Assembly: GCA_036867785.1 (NCBI GenBank)
Contig: CP145412.1
Span: forward strand, 1,302,001-1,366,000
Source: Plasmodiophora brassicae
Taxonomy: Eukaryota
Direction: 5' to 3'
Length of the DNA: 64,000 nt
Shown: positions 34,901 to 47,277 of the stretch, piece after piece
How positions within the stretch are numbered: position 1 is the stretch's first letter
Layout: each line of letters starts with the position of its first letter
The notes under the pieces: model-generated
The model's input: the letters and a program-made list of their open reading frames with translations, nothing else
What the model was told of the DNA's origin: nothing
Database searches by the model: none
Translations under genes and position numbers: made by a program

Positions 34901-35719
34901 GGTAACAAGGACGCCGACGTCTGCCTTCTGGCTGCTGATGTCATCGCGCTAGAACGGGACTACCCGTCGCTTGTCGACCCTGCTCGACGGTGTAAATACG
35001 TGTGCGAGGTTATCGAGGGCAGAGATGCCCGCAACGAGCCGTGTGCACAGTTTCGAGTGATTTGTGCTGACCTCCCTGATGAGCCGATCGTGGCGGACCG
35101 GCCCACTCCCGTCTGGAAGCAAATCGAGACAAGGTTTGAGCGGGAGGCCCCGTATCGCGTGGCGATGTGTTGACACTGGAGATACAGGTTGGACAGCAAG
35201 CGCAATACGAGCCGAAAGAGGTCAACGATCAATGGCATGGAGAAGTTCGGTCTGAACAACCCTCTGGTGATATCCCTGCTGTCGGAAAGCGCTGGCGCCG
35301 ACGGCGGCAGTGCGGGCAACCAACAGGCGCGCCCGATGGAACCTACCGTGTCCCATCAGTCGACAGAGCCTGCGCCACAGAACGGGCATGCCAGTGACTC
35401 GTCGCCCCCTGAGTCTGTATACGACGACTCGTACCGGGAAGACCAAGACGTGGTCATGCGTGATCGACTGCCGTTTGGTGGGCCTCGGGTGGCGGGGAAG
35501 GAGGCTGTCCGGGCATTGCCTGCAACGATGCCAATGCCCATGGCCGTAGACTCTGATGACGACATTGACGACGACGACGATGAGAGCCAGTTTGACGATG
35601 ACCCAGGGGAAGACGCTGACGCTGACGATGTCGGCGACGACGATCAGGAGGACGACTCAAGTGCTGCAGACGAAAGCAGTGGGCTGGAAAGCGACCATGG
35701 TCGCATAAGCGAACTGTGA
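31965..35719 (+). CDS. FHA + CHD7-like SANT/SLIDE-type C-terminal modules + FYRN/FYRC chromatin protein; multi-exon
   Basis: AFAKL..LTLGR..NMSRCHARI..SKNGVFVDG (FHA); ALMRYGFGRWD; EDLDLCRGIYRHGFG; WAGEHDLQFLKGVVEHGIGNW; FPIGFKS..YPSLVDP..KYVCEV (FYRN); VWKQI..NGMEKFGL (FYRC); acidic tail. Confidence 0.7.
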
Positions 35720-35976
35720 AAGCGTTGGTCACCATAAACTATCTTGTTGATTTCTGAGCACCGCAATCGTCCCTATCACATGGTCGGCTCGTCTCTAACG
35801 TTTCAGGTGTCAGAAACATCTTCCGCAGGGCATTGTATAATAATCGTGTGGGTACTACGGGATTGGCAAGCCCCTCCATCTGCCGACCCTACATGGGTTG
35901 TACTGCGGCTTCGCCAAGGCGTGCTAGCATCACAGATCGAGGACAGATATTCCGGAACGAGAGCACCATCAGGCGA

Positions 35977-37324
35977 TCACCATTCCAGAGAAGGGGCTCG
36001 CGAGTCCCCCGGCGTATCCGACGTTGCTTCTTCCATTCGTCGCATCCGTCTGGCTGACCCGATGGCCGTCATCGGACGACCTTTGTTTAAACCTTCCAGC
36101 AGGACGCAGGCCTTGCAGGTCATGGCACTCGTCATATAGCCGCACTGGGCGCATGCCTTCAACTAAGCGCGATCCAACACGTCAACGAGGCACAGAGGGC
36201 GCCGTACGACAGCCGCTACCGTTTGTTTCTTGCGTCCAGCGGTCTGGACCCTGAGCTGTTCGGCGTTCTGAATGATATTCAGGATGGTCCTCGAATCGGT
36301 CCGTTCGAGGTCCTTGATGTATTCGCGCGCATACCCACGGTACGCCTGGGGTGCATACGTGCACTCTGTGGAGAAGTAGTCCAGCTTGTTCAGGTACGCG
36401 TACATGACGATCTCCTTCTCGTACGCGTACTTGAAGGGCTTGCAGCGAGAGATGGACGAATCCACACCAGTGACAATGTCCACGCAGCGACCTGCCGAGA
36501 CCTGGTTAGCGTGCAGAAACAGGGCGATGACAATTGGGCGCAAACCTAATCTAGCGATGTCCCCACGAAGAAGGTTCATCAGAACGGTCTCGGCGACATC
36601 GTCCGCATTGTGACCAGTGACGACCTTCGTAGCGCCAATCAGCGCGGCTCCACGATCAAGCGCCTGCACGAGTACGTTAAGAACCACAAACAGCGATGAT
36701 GATGTCGACTTGTTTGACCTGTCGCCTAAAGACACCACTAAAGACCACATGAGCGAGTGTGACCATCAACAAAGAGAAGTGAGACGTGTACCAGAACGTG
36801 CAGTTGTTCCTTAGGCCAACCTCGGCAACAATCTCGTCCATTGTCCATCCATACAGGTCCGCGTACGAAAGCACCTGTGCGTTCTAATGTCATCGACCCG
36901 CATGAACAATATGTTATGCGGCGATACCTTTAGGGGCAAGCCGTACTCCTCCCTGTTTCGCTGAACCGTCGCTAACGAATCATCGCGGTACCCACGAATG
37001 CCTTCGTCAATCGACAGCAGCGTCAGATTGAGACCATAGTCTCTCTCTCTGTTGAGCTTGCTTATCACATGGATTAGGACGGTGGAATCTAAACAGTACA
37101 GTGTCGGTCCGATCGTGGAATTGAATTGCGGACTCCTCACCTTTTCCTCCGGAGGCGCCAATAGCGACGTGGTCACCGCGCTCGAATAGGCGGTTCGCGA
37201 CGACCGTCGCATGGATCTCCTCCTCGAAGAGCTCAAAGAAACAGGCCGTACAGACCCGCGACCCATCGGCCGGGCGCCGCACCTGGGCCTTTGCCCGCGT
37301 ACAGCGTTCACAAGGCAGCGGCAT
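35977..37324 (-). CDS. CTU1: Cytoplasmic tRNA 2-thiolation protein 1; multi-exon
   Basis: [77 protein letters not shown]. Confidence 0.96.
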
Positions 37325-37442
37325 ATGGGCCCGTTGCTCGGGGTCCGTGGCGGACTCCGTGACGCACCTGACACGGCGTTCTGCTCGACACGTCTTCGTG
37401 GCGGCCAGGGACACTGCTTAGCCACGGCTGCCTGCCTCCACC

Positions 37443-39645
37443 ATGGTCGTCTACAATTTTCGGACGCTGAAACCGGTGCCGTCGTCGAATGAGCTGCTCG
37501 ACATTGTCCTGTCGCGGACGCAGCGCAAGACGGCGACGCAGGTGCACAGGCGGTTCAGCATTGCCCGCATTCGACAGTTCTACATGACGAAGATCAAGTA
37601 CACGCAGACAACGTTCCATGAGCGTATCAGCGCGATCGTCGACGAGTTCCCGCGCCTGGATACCATTCATCCGTTCTACGGGGACCTGATCAATGTTCTG
37701 TACGATCGCGACCACTACAAGCTGGCCTTGGGCCAGCTGAACATGGCCCGGACCCTGATTGACAACGTCGCCAAGGACTACCTTCGTCTGCTGAAGGTGC
37801 GCAATGATGCCAGTGACGATAAGGTTGTACCTCCTAACCGACACGTGCTGACGGCATAGTTTGGCGATTCGTTGTACCGATGCAAACTGCTGAAGCGCGC
37901 CGCGCTGGGTCGGATGGGCACCATCACGAAGAAGCTCAAGTCGTCGCTTGGATACCTGGAGCAGGTCCGTCAGCATCTCAGCCGATTGCCGAGCATTGAC
38001 CCGAGCACTCGAACGCTGCTTCTGACCGGGTACCCCAACGTGGTACGTTTGCCTGCGTGTCCCGTGCCCGTGTCGAATGTCCATTCACAATGCTGCCCAG
38101 GGCAAGAGCTCCTTCATCAACAAGGTAACGCGCGCCGACGTTGACGTCCAGCCGTACGCGTTCACAACCAAGTCGCTGTTCGTTGGCCACATGGACTACA
38201 AGTACCTCCGGTGGCAGGTCATTGATACGCCCGGTATCCTGGGTACGCGCCCGCCCGAGATGCCTCGTTGCGCTGGACATACGCTGACCGTCAGTGGGCA
38301 CAGACCACCCGCTCGAGGATCGTAACACGATCGAGATGCAGTCGATCACGGCGCTGGCGCACCTGAACTGTGCCATCGTCTTCATCCTGGACGTGTCCGG
38401 CACGTCCGAGTACTCGATCGCGCAGCAGGTCAGCCTGTTCAAGAACATCCGCCCGTTGTTCGCCAACAAGCCGCTGGTGCTCGTTGCCAACAAGGTCGAC
38501 ATCCAGACGCTGGACGCGCTGGACGACGAGGACCGCGCCCTGATCGCGTCCGTCACCGAGGACGGCAAGATCCCGCTGATCCCCATGTCGAACGTCGCCG
38601 GCGACGGCATCAACGACGTCAAGACGCAGGCGTGCGACCTGCTCCTCGAGCATCGCATTTCGGCGAAGCTTCGCACGAACAAGGTCGACTCGATCCGCCA
38701 TCGGATCAACGTGGCGCGGCCGGTCGCCCGCGACAACAAGGAGCGCCCGGTGCACATACCGGCGTCGGTGCTGGCGGCGCGGGCGGCGGGTGCTGCTTCC
38801 GAAGCGATGCCCGTGGAGAAGCGGCGTCTGATGCGCGAGATCGAGGCGGAGAGCGGCGGCGCCGGCGTGTTCAACTTCGACATGCGCATGCACTGGGACC
38901 TGGACGACGCGACGTGGACGCAGGACGGCATCCCCGAGATCTGGAACGGCAGGAACGTCGCCGACTTCTTCGACGCCGACATCGAGGCGCGCCTGAACGC
39001 GCTCGAGGCCGAGGAAGCGATCCGGTGCGACGACGAGGACGGGTCCGGCAGCGAGAGCGACCTGGACCCGGAGCAGAAGGCGCTCGCGCAGGCGATCGAC
39101 AAGAAGAAGCGCATGCTGAAGATCAAGGCGCGCGACGTGCGCACCATGAACCAGCCGCAGCTGCCGCGAACGAAGCAGCCGGCCAAGTCCATCGACGAGT
39201 TCGCCCAGCACCTCGAGACGATGGGCCTCCCGTCCGACAAGGTACGCGAGCGCACGCGCGGGCGCAAACGCGCCCGGCACCCGCCGGCGGATGCGATGGA
39301 CGTCGAGGAGGACATGGTCGACGACGAAGCTGCGCCCGCCTCGGTGAAGATTGCCCGGGTGCGGTCACGGTCGCGAGCGCGATCGATGACGCCCGGCAAA
39401 GAGAGCGCCTTCAAAGACGAGAAGTACGTCTGCGTCCGTTGCACAACGCTTTCTCTGTCGCTAACGGGTCGCTGTTGTTGTTCGCACACAGAGCGCAGGC
39501 GCGCGCCCGCAGGCTGGCCAAGATCGACCAGCGGCCGTCCAACCGGATGGCGCGGGCCGGCGAGGCCGACCGCGCCATTCGCGACGCCAAACCAAAGTGG
39601 CTGTTCTCCGGCAAGCGCGGCATCGGCAAGACCGACCGTCGTTAG
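37443..39645 (+). CDS. NOG1: Nucleolar GTP-binding protein 1; multi-exon
   Basis: [76 protein letters not shown]. Confidence 0.97.
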
Positions 39646-39717
39646 AACCTGCACGACGAACGACGACGCATCGCAGCAGAATACACGACCAGCAGCCAGC
39701 GAAAGCGACCCAGGTGT

Positions 39718-41550
39718 TTATACGGCGACGGCCGGCATGACGATGACGACGTTGAGGATGGGGACGCCGCCGTCGCCCGACGGCCGGCAGACGATGACGC
39801 GGACCTGTCTGGTGTCGGGCGTGCCGGGCGCGATGCACCGGACGGCCACGTCCGTGTGCAGGTTGACGCCGGGCACGATGGCGGGGACGACGAACGCCGG
39901 CCTGGCGATCGTGTAGACCTGCGTGTCCAGCATGATGCAGACGGGGACGTCGAGCAGGGCGGACGGGCCCGTGTTCCGGAACGCCAGCCGGATCAGGAAC
40001 CGGGGGCCCAGGCCCAGCACCTGCGCGTTCAGGCGCAGGGACAGGTGCGACGAGACGGACCCGTGGCCCTCGGCGAGCACCTTGGCGTACGCCTGCGCCG
40101 TCGCCAGGCGCAGGCGGGCCAGGTCGCGCTGGAACACCATGTGCATCTGCGGGCCCTGCTGCCGCTCCCGGTTCATCTGGTCGACGTACAGCTGCGTCCG
40201 CTTCGGGATCGCCAGCGGCTCGTCCTGCTCGGCGGGCGGCCCCGACGACGCCTGCTGCTGCTGCTGCTGCTGATTGGCGTCCAGCTGCGCCTGGCGCTGC
40301 AGGATCTTCATCGTGATGGCGCCCGTCGTCGACACCATGAACAGGCTGGCGTCCTCGCGCCCGTACTGCCCGAACTTCATCGCGGCGACCGGCGCCGAGC
40401 ACGTCACCGTCGTCAGCAGCGCCCGGCCGTCGTACAGGCGGACGTCGCCGTTCGCCAGGGCGACCATGGCGCCGGACAGGTTCGACGCGCGCCTCAGCTG
40501 GAAGGCGGCCATGCAGGTGATCGGGGCGGGCAGGCGCACCGTGTACAGCAGGTTGCCCTTGACGTGGTACCCGTGGAACACGTTGTTCATGCACCCGACC
40601 AGGACGTGGTTGACGAGCAGGACGACGCCGCAGCACTCGGTCTCGGTCTCGATCGGCCCGCCGATCACCTTCCCGTTCCTGATCGAGTAGACGCGCCCGT
40701 TGCGGCAGGCGGCGACGACCCGGTACGTCACGTCGAGCAGGCCGCTGGCGTCGAGGAAGGCGGGCGCGGCGCCCAGGTCGATCTGGCGGACGACCTTCAT
40801 CCCGTGCTGGTTCAGGATCAGCACCTGGCCCGCCTCGGTGCCGACCACGACCGACCCGACCGCCCTGGCGTCCTCGGACGACTTGTTCAGCGTCGTCATG
40901 CACGTGATCGGCGCGTGGTACCCGAGCGGCTTCCCGCGGCACGACTCGACAAAGGCGGCGCGGGACACGTCCGACCCGATGCCGATCAGCGTGGCCGATC
41001 GCGGCGTGATCGTTCGGCCCGCCTGGCGCAGCGCGACGAGGTCGCTGGCGCCGGCCTCCGGCCTGAGCTGGCCGGACGCCAGGCGATCCCAGATCAGGGA
41101 TTCGTCTGGGTCCGGGTCGACGGCGGGCACCTGGAACTTGTAGAACGGGCGCAGGTTCCTGTAGATGTACAGGAGCGGGCCGGACGCGATCGCCAGCATC
41201 GGCACGAGCGGCGTGGCGGCGTCGGCGTAGAACGCCTCGACGGCGGTGGGCTCGTCCAGCAGCGCCATCTCGGTCAGCGCCGCCTTGCCCCGGTAGACCT
41301 TCAGCCGGCGGCTCTGCAGGGCGACGACCGCCTTGTAGTCGCCGTCGCCGTTCAGGTCGACGAGCTGGAGGCACCCGCGCGACAGGCGCGCGTTCGCCAC
41401 CGGGTCGTCCCAGGCGTTCAGCCAGATCCGGGCCGCGGCCGCCGTCGCCGCCGGCTGCTTCTTCGCCAGCGGCACGTCATCGTCGCCGGCGTCGTCGTCC
41501 TTGCCGGTGTGGCCTTCGCGCGGGAGCGTCGCCGCCGCCGGCTGCGACAT
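39718..41550 (-). CDS. BBS1: Bardet-Biedl syndrome 1 protein (BBSome subunit), intronless
   Basis: WLNAWDDPVAN, DLNGDGDYK, YRNLRPFYKF, KFGQYGRED, IPKRTQLYVDQMNRER, MHMVFQRDL, LNAQVLGLGPRF. Confidence 0.95.
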   Translation of the reverse strand: MSQPAAATLPREGHTGKDDDAGDDDVPLAKKQPAATAAAARIWLNAWDDPVANARLSRGCLQLVDLNGDGDYKAVVALQSRRLKVYRGKAALTEMALLDEPTAVEAFYADAATPLVPMLAIASGPLLYIYRNLRPFYKFQVPAVDPDPDESLIWDRLASGQLRPEAGASDLVALRQAGRTITPRSATLIGIGSDVSRAAFVESCRGKPLGYHAPITCMTTLNKSSEDARAVGSVVVGTEAGQVLILNQHGMKVVRQIDLGAAPAFLDASGLLDVTYRVVAACRNGRVYSIRNGKVIGGPIETETECCGVVLLVNHVLVGCMNNVFHGYHVKGNLLYTVRLPAPITCMAAFQLRRASNLSGAMVALANGDVRLYDGRALLTTVTCSAPVAAMKFGQYGREDASLFMVSTTGAITMKILQRQAQLDANQQQQQQQASSGPPAEQDEPLAIPKRTQLYVDQMNRERQQGPQMHMVFQRDLARLRLATAQAYAKVLAEGHGSVSSHLSLRLNAQVLGLGPRFLIRLAFRNTGPSALLDVPVCIMLDTQVYTIARPAFVVPAIVPGVNLHTDVAVRCIAPGTPDTRQVRVIVCRPSGDGGVPILNVVIVMPAVAV

Positions 41551-41688
41551 TGGTCACAGACTGAACCCGCTGAGGTCGAGGGCGGGTCGAGGGGTGGGCC
41601 GCCCTTCGTTTCGCGCGTCGTTTTGCGACTACGCATGTGACGACGCGCACAAACGCGCATCGTGAACGTTCGTCGGCGCTGTTTATCG

Positions 41689-41949
41689 TCACGGCGGCGC
41701 GCCGCGATCCTGGACGTCGGCGATCAGGCGGTACCCTGGGGCTAGCAGGTCCGGACGGGAACGGCGTCGGCGCCGGCGAGCGGCGATGACCACGGTGACG
41801 CAGGCGCAGATCGTGGACAGGGCCAGCAGCGCCAGGATCGCTAGCAGCGCCATGGCCGTCGTGTCCACCGCGGGCGGCGACGATGTCGGCAGTGCCGTCG
41901 TCGTCGCCATCCGTACCCGCTGACCGATTCCCGCACCCGACGACGACAT
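41689..41949 (-). CDS. Possible small single-pass membrane protein
   Basis: Thr/Ser/Pro-rich N-terminus, hydrophobic MALLAILALLALSTICACVTVVIAA, then RRRRRR. No homology recognised. Confidence 0.35.
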   Translation of the reverse strand: MSSSGAGIGQRVRMATTTALPTSSPPAVDTTAMALLAILALLALSTICACVTVVIAARRRRRRSRPDLLAPGYRLIADVQDRGAPP

Positions 41950-42066
41950 GATGGTAGGGACAGGGCGCGACAACGGCGACAGATTCCCAGCTGAGCGCGC
42001 GCGCGCGTACGCCCCACAAGAACGCAGATACCAAGTCGGCCAGTTTCCGTCGTTTACCTAATGGAT

Positions 42067-42510
42067 TCATTTGGGCAGGGTGGCGGACGCGTTGCCGGAG
42101 ACGACCCGGTAGGCGCGCCAGGCCAGAACGGCGACGCAGGCGTGGTACAGGAAGACGCCGGTGAAGGTGGCGGAGACGGCCATGTTGTTCGTGGTGACGA
42201 CGAGCAGGAAGACGAAGGCGCCGCTGAAGAACAGGACGATGATGGCCAGGACGAAACAGGTCAGGCAGGCCGACGGGCTGCGCTTGTTGAACGCGTGCAG
42301 GGCGCAGACGGCGAAGATGATCTCGAACAGCATCAGCGGCAGGAGCACCATGCAGAACACGGTGAGGAACTCGTCAATGACCTTCCGTAGCGCCTGGAAC
42401 AGCGCGATCGAGACGATGACCAGGCCCAGCACCTTCAGGAGCGAGAAGACGCCGACGGCCAGCAGGCAGGTCAGCGAGCAATCGTCCCGCTTCTGCTCCG
42501 ACGTCGACAT
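42067..42510 (-). CDS. Small four-TM membrane protein, unknown function
   Basis: 147-aa ORF with four hydrophobic segments and coding-like GC-ending codons. Confidence 0.65.
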   Translation of the reverse strand: MSTSEQKRDDCSLTCLLAVGVFSLLKVLGLVIVSIALFQALRKVIDEFLTVFCMVLLPLMLFEIIFAVCALHAFNKRSPSACLTCFVLAIIVLFFSGAFVFLLVVTTNNMAVSATFTGVFLYHACVAVLAWRAYRVVSGNASATLPK

Positions 42511-42765
42511 GGCGCGCCCGCTGGTGTTTCGAGGAATGGATCGGGCGGCGCCATCCGGCGCTGTGGAAGTGACTCACGTTCAGAGTGATTCACGACGATT
42601 CGGTGCCCCAACGTCGTCAAGCAGAATCGGGGGGCGACTGACACCTCGCGAAACATCGCATGTACAACATAATGGGTAAAACCTTGACCGTTTAATATGT
42701 CACGGGGACCACACGCTCGAGTCGATATCGATGGACAGTGGATTGACGACAAGTCGGAATCCTGC

Positions 42766-44736
42766 TTAGTCGACCTCCTCGATCTTGGGGCCCGGGCCGG
42801 ACGGCTTCGAGCCGGCCGCCTGGCCAAAGTCGGGCATGCCGCCGCCCATGCCGGGCATGCCGGCGCCTTCGGCACCGCCGGCCGCTTGGTACGCCTTCGT
42901 GATGATGGGCGTGCAGACCGACTCCAGCTCCTTCTGCTTGGCCTCGTACTCCTCCGTCTCGGCGTCCTGGTGCGCCTCGAGCCACTTCAGGACGTCGGTG
43001 ATGGCCGTGTCGACCTTGGCCTTGTCGTCCTCGCCGATCTTGTCCTTGAACTTCTCGTCCTCGATCGAGTTGCGAAGCGAGTACGTGTAGTTCTCCAGGC
43101 CGTTCTTCGCCTCGACCTTCTTGCGCAGCATCTCGTCGTCGTGCTTGTACTTCTCGGCGTCGCGGATCATCGCCTCGATGTCCTCCTTGCTCAGACGGCC
43201 CTTGTCGTTCGTGATCGTAATCTTCTGGCGCTTGCCGGTCGACTTGTCCTCGGCGCTGACGTTCAGGATACCGTTGGCATCCAGGTCAAAGGTGACCTCG
43301 ATCTGAGGGACACCACGCGGGGCCGGCGGGATGCCCGACAGCTCGAACTTGCCGAGCAGGTTGTTGTCCTTCGTCCGCGCACGCTCGCCCTCGAACACCT
43401 GGATCAGGACGCCGGGCTGGTTGTCGGCGTACGTCGAGAAGATCTGCTGCTTCTTGCACGGGATCGTCGTGTTGCGCTTGATGAGCGACGTCATGACACC
43501 GCCGGCGGTCTCGATACCGAGCGACAGCGGGGCAACGTCCAACAGCAGGATCTTGCTGGTCTCCTCGCTGGAGTCGCCGCTGAGGATAGCGGCCTGGACG
43601 GCGGCACCGTAGGCGACGGCCTCATCCGGGTTGATCGACTTGCACGGCTCCTTGCCGCCGAAGAACTGCTTGATCAGCTCCTGGACCTTGGGGATACGCG
43701 TCGAGCCGCCGACCAGGACGATTTCGTGGATGTCGCTCTTGGAGAACTTGGCGTCGCGCAGGACCTTCTCGACCGGGATCAGCGTGTCCCGGAAGTAGTC
43801 GCCACACAGGGCCTCGAAACGCGCGCGCGTGATCGTCGAGTTGAAGTCGATGCCGTCGAGCAGCGAGTCGATCTCGACGGACGCCTGCGTCGACGACGAC
43901 AGCGTTCGCTTGGCACGCTCGCACTGCGTTCGCAGGCGACGCAGGGCGCGGTTGTTGCCCGTGATGTCCTTCTTGTGCTTGCGCTTGAACTCCTCGGCGA
44001 AGTGCTGGACGAGGCGGTTGTCGAAGTCCTCGCCACCGAGGTGGGTGTCACCGGCGGTGGCCTTGACCTCGAAGATGCCGTCCTCGATCGTCAGGACGGA
44101 GACATCGAACGTACCACCACCCAGGTCAAAGATCAGGACGTTCATCTCCGATTTGGAGTTCTTGTCGAGGCCGTAGGCGATGGCGGCGGCCGTCGGCTCG
44201 TTGATGATACGGAGGACGTTCAGGCCGGCAATCATACCAGCGTCCTTCGTCGCCTGACGCTGCGAGTCGTTGAAGTAGGCGGGGACGGTGATGACGGCGT
44301 TGTTGACGGATTCGCCGAGGTACGCCTCGGCCGTCTCCCTCATCTTGATGAGGACCATGGACGAGATCTCCTCCGGGTAGAACGTGCACGTGTCGCCCTT
44401 GTACTGGACCTCAAAGGCCGGGCGGTCGCCCTCCTTCTTGACGACCGTGAACGGCCACAGCTTCATGTCGGCCTGAACGATCGGGTCGGAGAACTTGCGG
44501 CCGATCAGGCGCTTGGCATCGTGGACCGTGTTCTCCGGGTTTCGGGCGGCCTGGTTCTTGGCGGCCTCACCAATGAGACGCTCGGTCTCGGTGAAGGCGA
44601 CGTACGACGGCGTCGTGCGGTTGCCCTGGTCGTTGGCAATGATCTCCACGGCGTTGTTCTTCCAGCATCCGACGCACGAGTACGTCGTGCCGAGGTCGAT
44701 ACCGACCGCGGGGCCACTGACTTTCTTCTCAGACAT
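42766..44736 (-). CDS. HSP70: Cytosolic Hsp70, intronless
   Basis: [38 protein letters not shown] repeats, C-terminal GPKIEEVD. Confidence 0.99.
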   Translation of the reverse strand: MSEKKVSGPAVGIDLGTTYSCVGCWKNNAVEIIANDQGNRTTPSYVAFTETERLIGEAAKNQAARNPENTVHDAKRLIGRKFSDPIVQADMKLWPFTVVKKEGDRPAFEVQYKGDTCTFYPEEISSMVLIKMRETAEAYLGESVNNAVITVPAYFNDSQRQATKDAGMIAGLNVLRIINEPTAAAIAYGLDKNSKSEMNVLIFDLGGGTFDVSVLTIEDGIFEVKATAGDTHLGGEDFDNRLVQHFAEEFKRKHKKDITGNNRALRRLRTQCERAKRTLSSSTQASVEIDSLLDGIDFNSTITRARFEALCGDYFRDTLIPVEKVLRDAKFSKSDIHEIVLVGGSTRIPKVQELIKQFFGGKEPCKSINPDEAVAYGAAVQAAILSGDSSEETSKILLLDVAPLSLGIETAGGVMTSLIKRNTTIPCKKQQIFSTYADNQPGVLIQVFEGERARTKDNNLLGKFELSGIPPAPRGVPQIEVTFDLDANGILNVSAEDKSTGKRQKITITNDKGRLSKEDIEAMIRDAEKYKHDDEMLRKKVEAKNGLENYTYSLRNSIEDEKFKDKIGEDDKAKVDTAITDVLKWLEAHQDAETEEYEAKQKELESVCTPIITKAYQAAGGAEGAGMPGMGGGMPDFGQAAGSKPSGPGPKIEEVD

Positions 44737-44848
44737 GGCGCTAGCGAATCAAATGTGTCCGTGCAGAAGCGGTCTGCGCTTGTGCGCTCGAATGACAATG
44801 AAGGCCGGCGGACGCGCAGTCCGTGGATCGGATCCGTACGCGCTCATT

Positions 44849-44944
44849 CTCTGGAACATTCCGCGGCAGCGCCCTCCGCCCGCCCTCCGACCAGCCCGGA
44901 CTTCCCTGGGGCGGCGCGTCGCCAAAACCGCGCGGAATATTCCG
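44849..44944. promoter_or_regulatory. Candidate heat-shock elements upstream of HSP70
   Basis: CTCtgGAAcaTTC (44849-44861) and palindromic cgGAAtaTTCcg (44933-44944) match inverted nGAAn arrays 110-210 bp upstream of the ATG. Confidence 0.6.
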
Positions 44945-46221
44945 ATCTCGAGCGCGCGGATCAATTCCACTGCCCGTTTTGTGGCGCCTGCCGGCTCCCA
45001 GACAACCCGCCGTGCGCGCTGCTGCCCTGCGGCCACTTCCAGCTGGGCGAAGAGCCGCAAGTGCTCAGAGGCCAGCAATGCAACGCTGACGACATGACAT
45101 GTACGACGTCCGCATGAAACGCCTGGCAGGATCGCGAGGCCGCCGAGCATTTTTGCTCTTCATCCTCTGGAAGTGTTCCTTCTTGTAGTATCGTTAGCAC
45201 TCGGGTTTCGCCAGGTTCACCTTCTGGCCACGTTTCAACGTACGCATGGGAGCGCCCCTCCCTTGATGATACTTGTTCCTTGTTGGCTCGTCGCCTCTGG
45301 ATTCTGCGTGGCGCAATGCTTGAACCAGCCTTGTCTTCGTCTGGAATTCTCCCACGTTCAAATGTGGAGCGTGGTGTGCAACGTTAATGTCTGTTAATCG
45401 CCGCCAGCAATTCGGGTACTGCGGTGGTCGTTAACTGGATGTAGAGGTGTGCCGTCGGAATGCCTTGCTCTGTTCGTCAGCAGGCGCGTGGCGTTTCGCT
45501 GGGTCTGCCTGGTTAACATGCATTAACGTTGCGCGCCACACTCCAGTACAGTGCGAGGACAGTCGTCGATTGCTTCTGATGCCGAGGGATTCAGCCTAGG
45601 TCCCGTCCGGGTCCACCACCTTCGCGCGTCAAGCATGCCGACCATGTTCGTCAGACACGTCCAACATTATCCATGTTGAGGGTCTGTTCCGCTTCCAGCA
45701 TCGTCCAACAGTTTGCGAGCTTCGTCACCGTTTGCGTCCAGTACTGCTGGCAGGCGGACATGCGGTTGATGCTGCTGGCCATGTCGATTGTCGGGACGAC
45801 CGTTTCGGTCGGCGGCGCTGCTTCTGCGCGAATCCGCAGATCGCAGACGAGTGGCCGACGCGACAGGTGGGCGCCGCGCCACCGTTCCCATCCATTCGTT
45901 TGTTGCACCGGGTGACGGGAAGTTGAGTCAGTAGTACGTAGTGCAACGCAGCGCTGGGAGTGGGCCGGTTGCCAGCTGCCATCGAGGCCCTGCACCAGGT
46001 CGTGCCGGCTGCCAGGGTACCGTCGCGATCGCTGGATCGCCTGGCCGGTGATGTGCCCAGGGCTACTAATGTCGCCCAGCGGATCGTCGCGTCGGCCAGT
46101 GCGCAGGCGATTCCCGAAATCGAAACCCACTGAGGGTGTTGGCGTCCCGGGCGCACGTTGGCGCCACCGCGCGTCAGGCGCGCTTGCGTCGATCGGTCTG
46201 GGTGGCTGCGTCGTCGCGGCC

Positions 46222-47277
46222 ATGGCCTCAGCCATTGCCATCGAGCAGTACGCCGATGGGTGGGTCGTGTCCCGCGAGATGGTCGTCCTGCTGTATACAG
46301 TGGCTGGCGCGCTAGCCAGCGGGCTCGGATGCCTGCCACTTGTGCTGCTGCCCCGTATGGATCGGCGCATGCAGGGCCTTGCAGGGGGCGTCACCGCAGG
46401 AGCCATGTTCATGGCCAGCATAGGTGTCGTATATTCACATCTCGTCATCATCTCACGACGCCTCCTTGACGGGGTCGTTCGCCAGACATGCTGGCTGAAG
46501 GAGCGGCCTGCAACGTCCCTGCCGCTGCAACGACCTGCCTGGTCTGCATGGTCCTAGGTGCGGTTGCTGTTGCGATCATTAACGCGTTTGTTCACTGGAT
46601 GGACCTGTCCGTCGGTAGTCGTCCCGTCTGTTACCTCGGTGTTCGCCGAGCGTCTGACAAGTTCTTGCCTGCAGAAAACCTCAAGGGCGCCGACCATAGG
46701 AAAGCCATTATAATTATCCTCGTCCTAACGCTGCATTCATTCGCGGAAGGTGATGCTGATCGACACGACAGTATCGGCTTCCCGGGCCGTCCCTGACGAC
46801 CAACGTTGCAGGGCTGGGCATCGGGGTCTCGTTCTCGGAAGAAGCCCATCGCGGTCTCGGCCGGTATATTGCGATCGCGATCGCGCTGCATAATGTTGCA
46901 GAGGGCGCCATTGTCGGGTTGTCACTTGTCCCGCGGGGCGAAAGCCCACATCGCGCAGCTGGGTTCGCAATCATCTCGTCTATACCGCAGCCCATCGTGG
47001 CCCTGCCGTGCTTTGCTCTTGTCCAGGATTTCTCTGGTACATGCGGGCGCCCCGTTGACAATTGCCGATTGCTAAGTCTGCGTTCGTAGCGTTGCTGCCT
47101 GCCGGGTTGGGCATCGCTGCAGGCGCAATGCTGTTCCTGGTGTTTTTCGAGATCGCGCCCGATGCACTGAAGTGGACATCATGGACCGAGTTTACCCTTT
47201 GCGCCCTCGCAAGCGCTGCATCGATGGCTTCCTTGAGAATCTTCATTGGAAACCTGGATACGGTGGCTCTCTCATAA
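46222..47277 (+). CDS. ZIP-family (ZupT/ZIP11-like) metal transporter; multi-exon
   Basis: ALASGLGCLP, AGAM, LTLHSFAEG.GIGVSF, AIALHNVAEG, SSIPQP, AAGAMLFLVFFEIAPDA. Confidence 0.9.

Noticed and set aside
37978-41640. Long alternative-frame ORFs over NOG1 and BBS1 (558, 637, 594 aa)
   Set aside because: Arg/Pro/Ala-rich shadows of high-GC coding sequence.
42697-45117. 806-aa plus-strand ORF antisense to HSP70
   Set aside because: Long antisense ORFs opposite GC-rich HSP70 genes are a known codon-bias effect, often mislabelled as NAD-glutamate dehydrogenase. There are no independent motifs.
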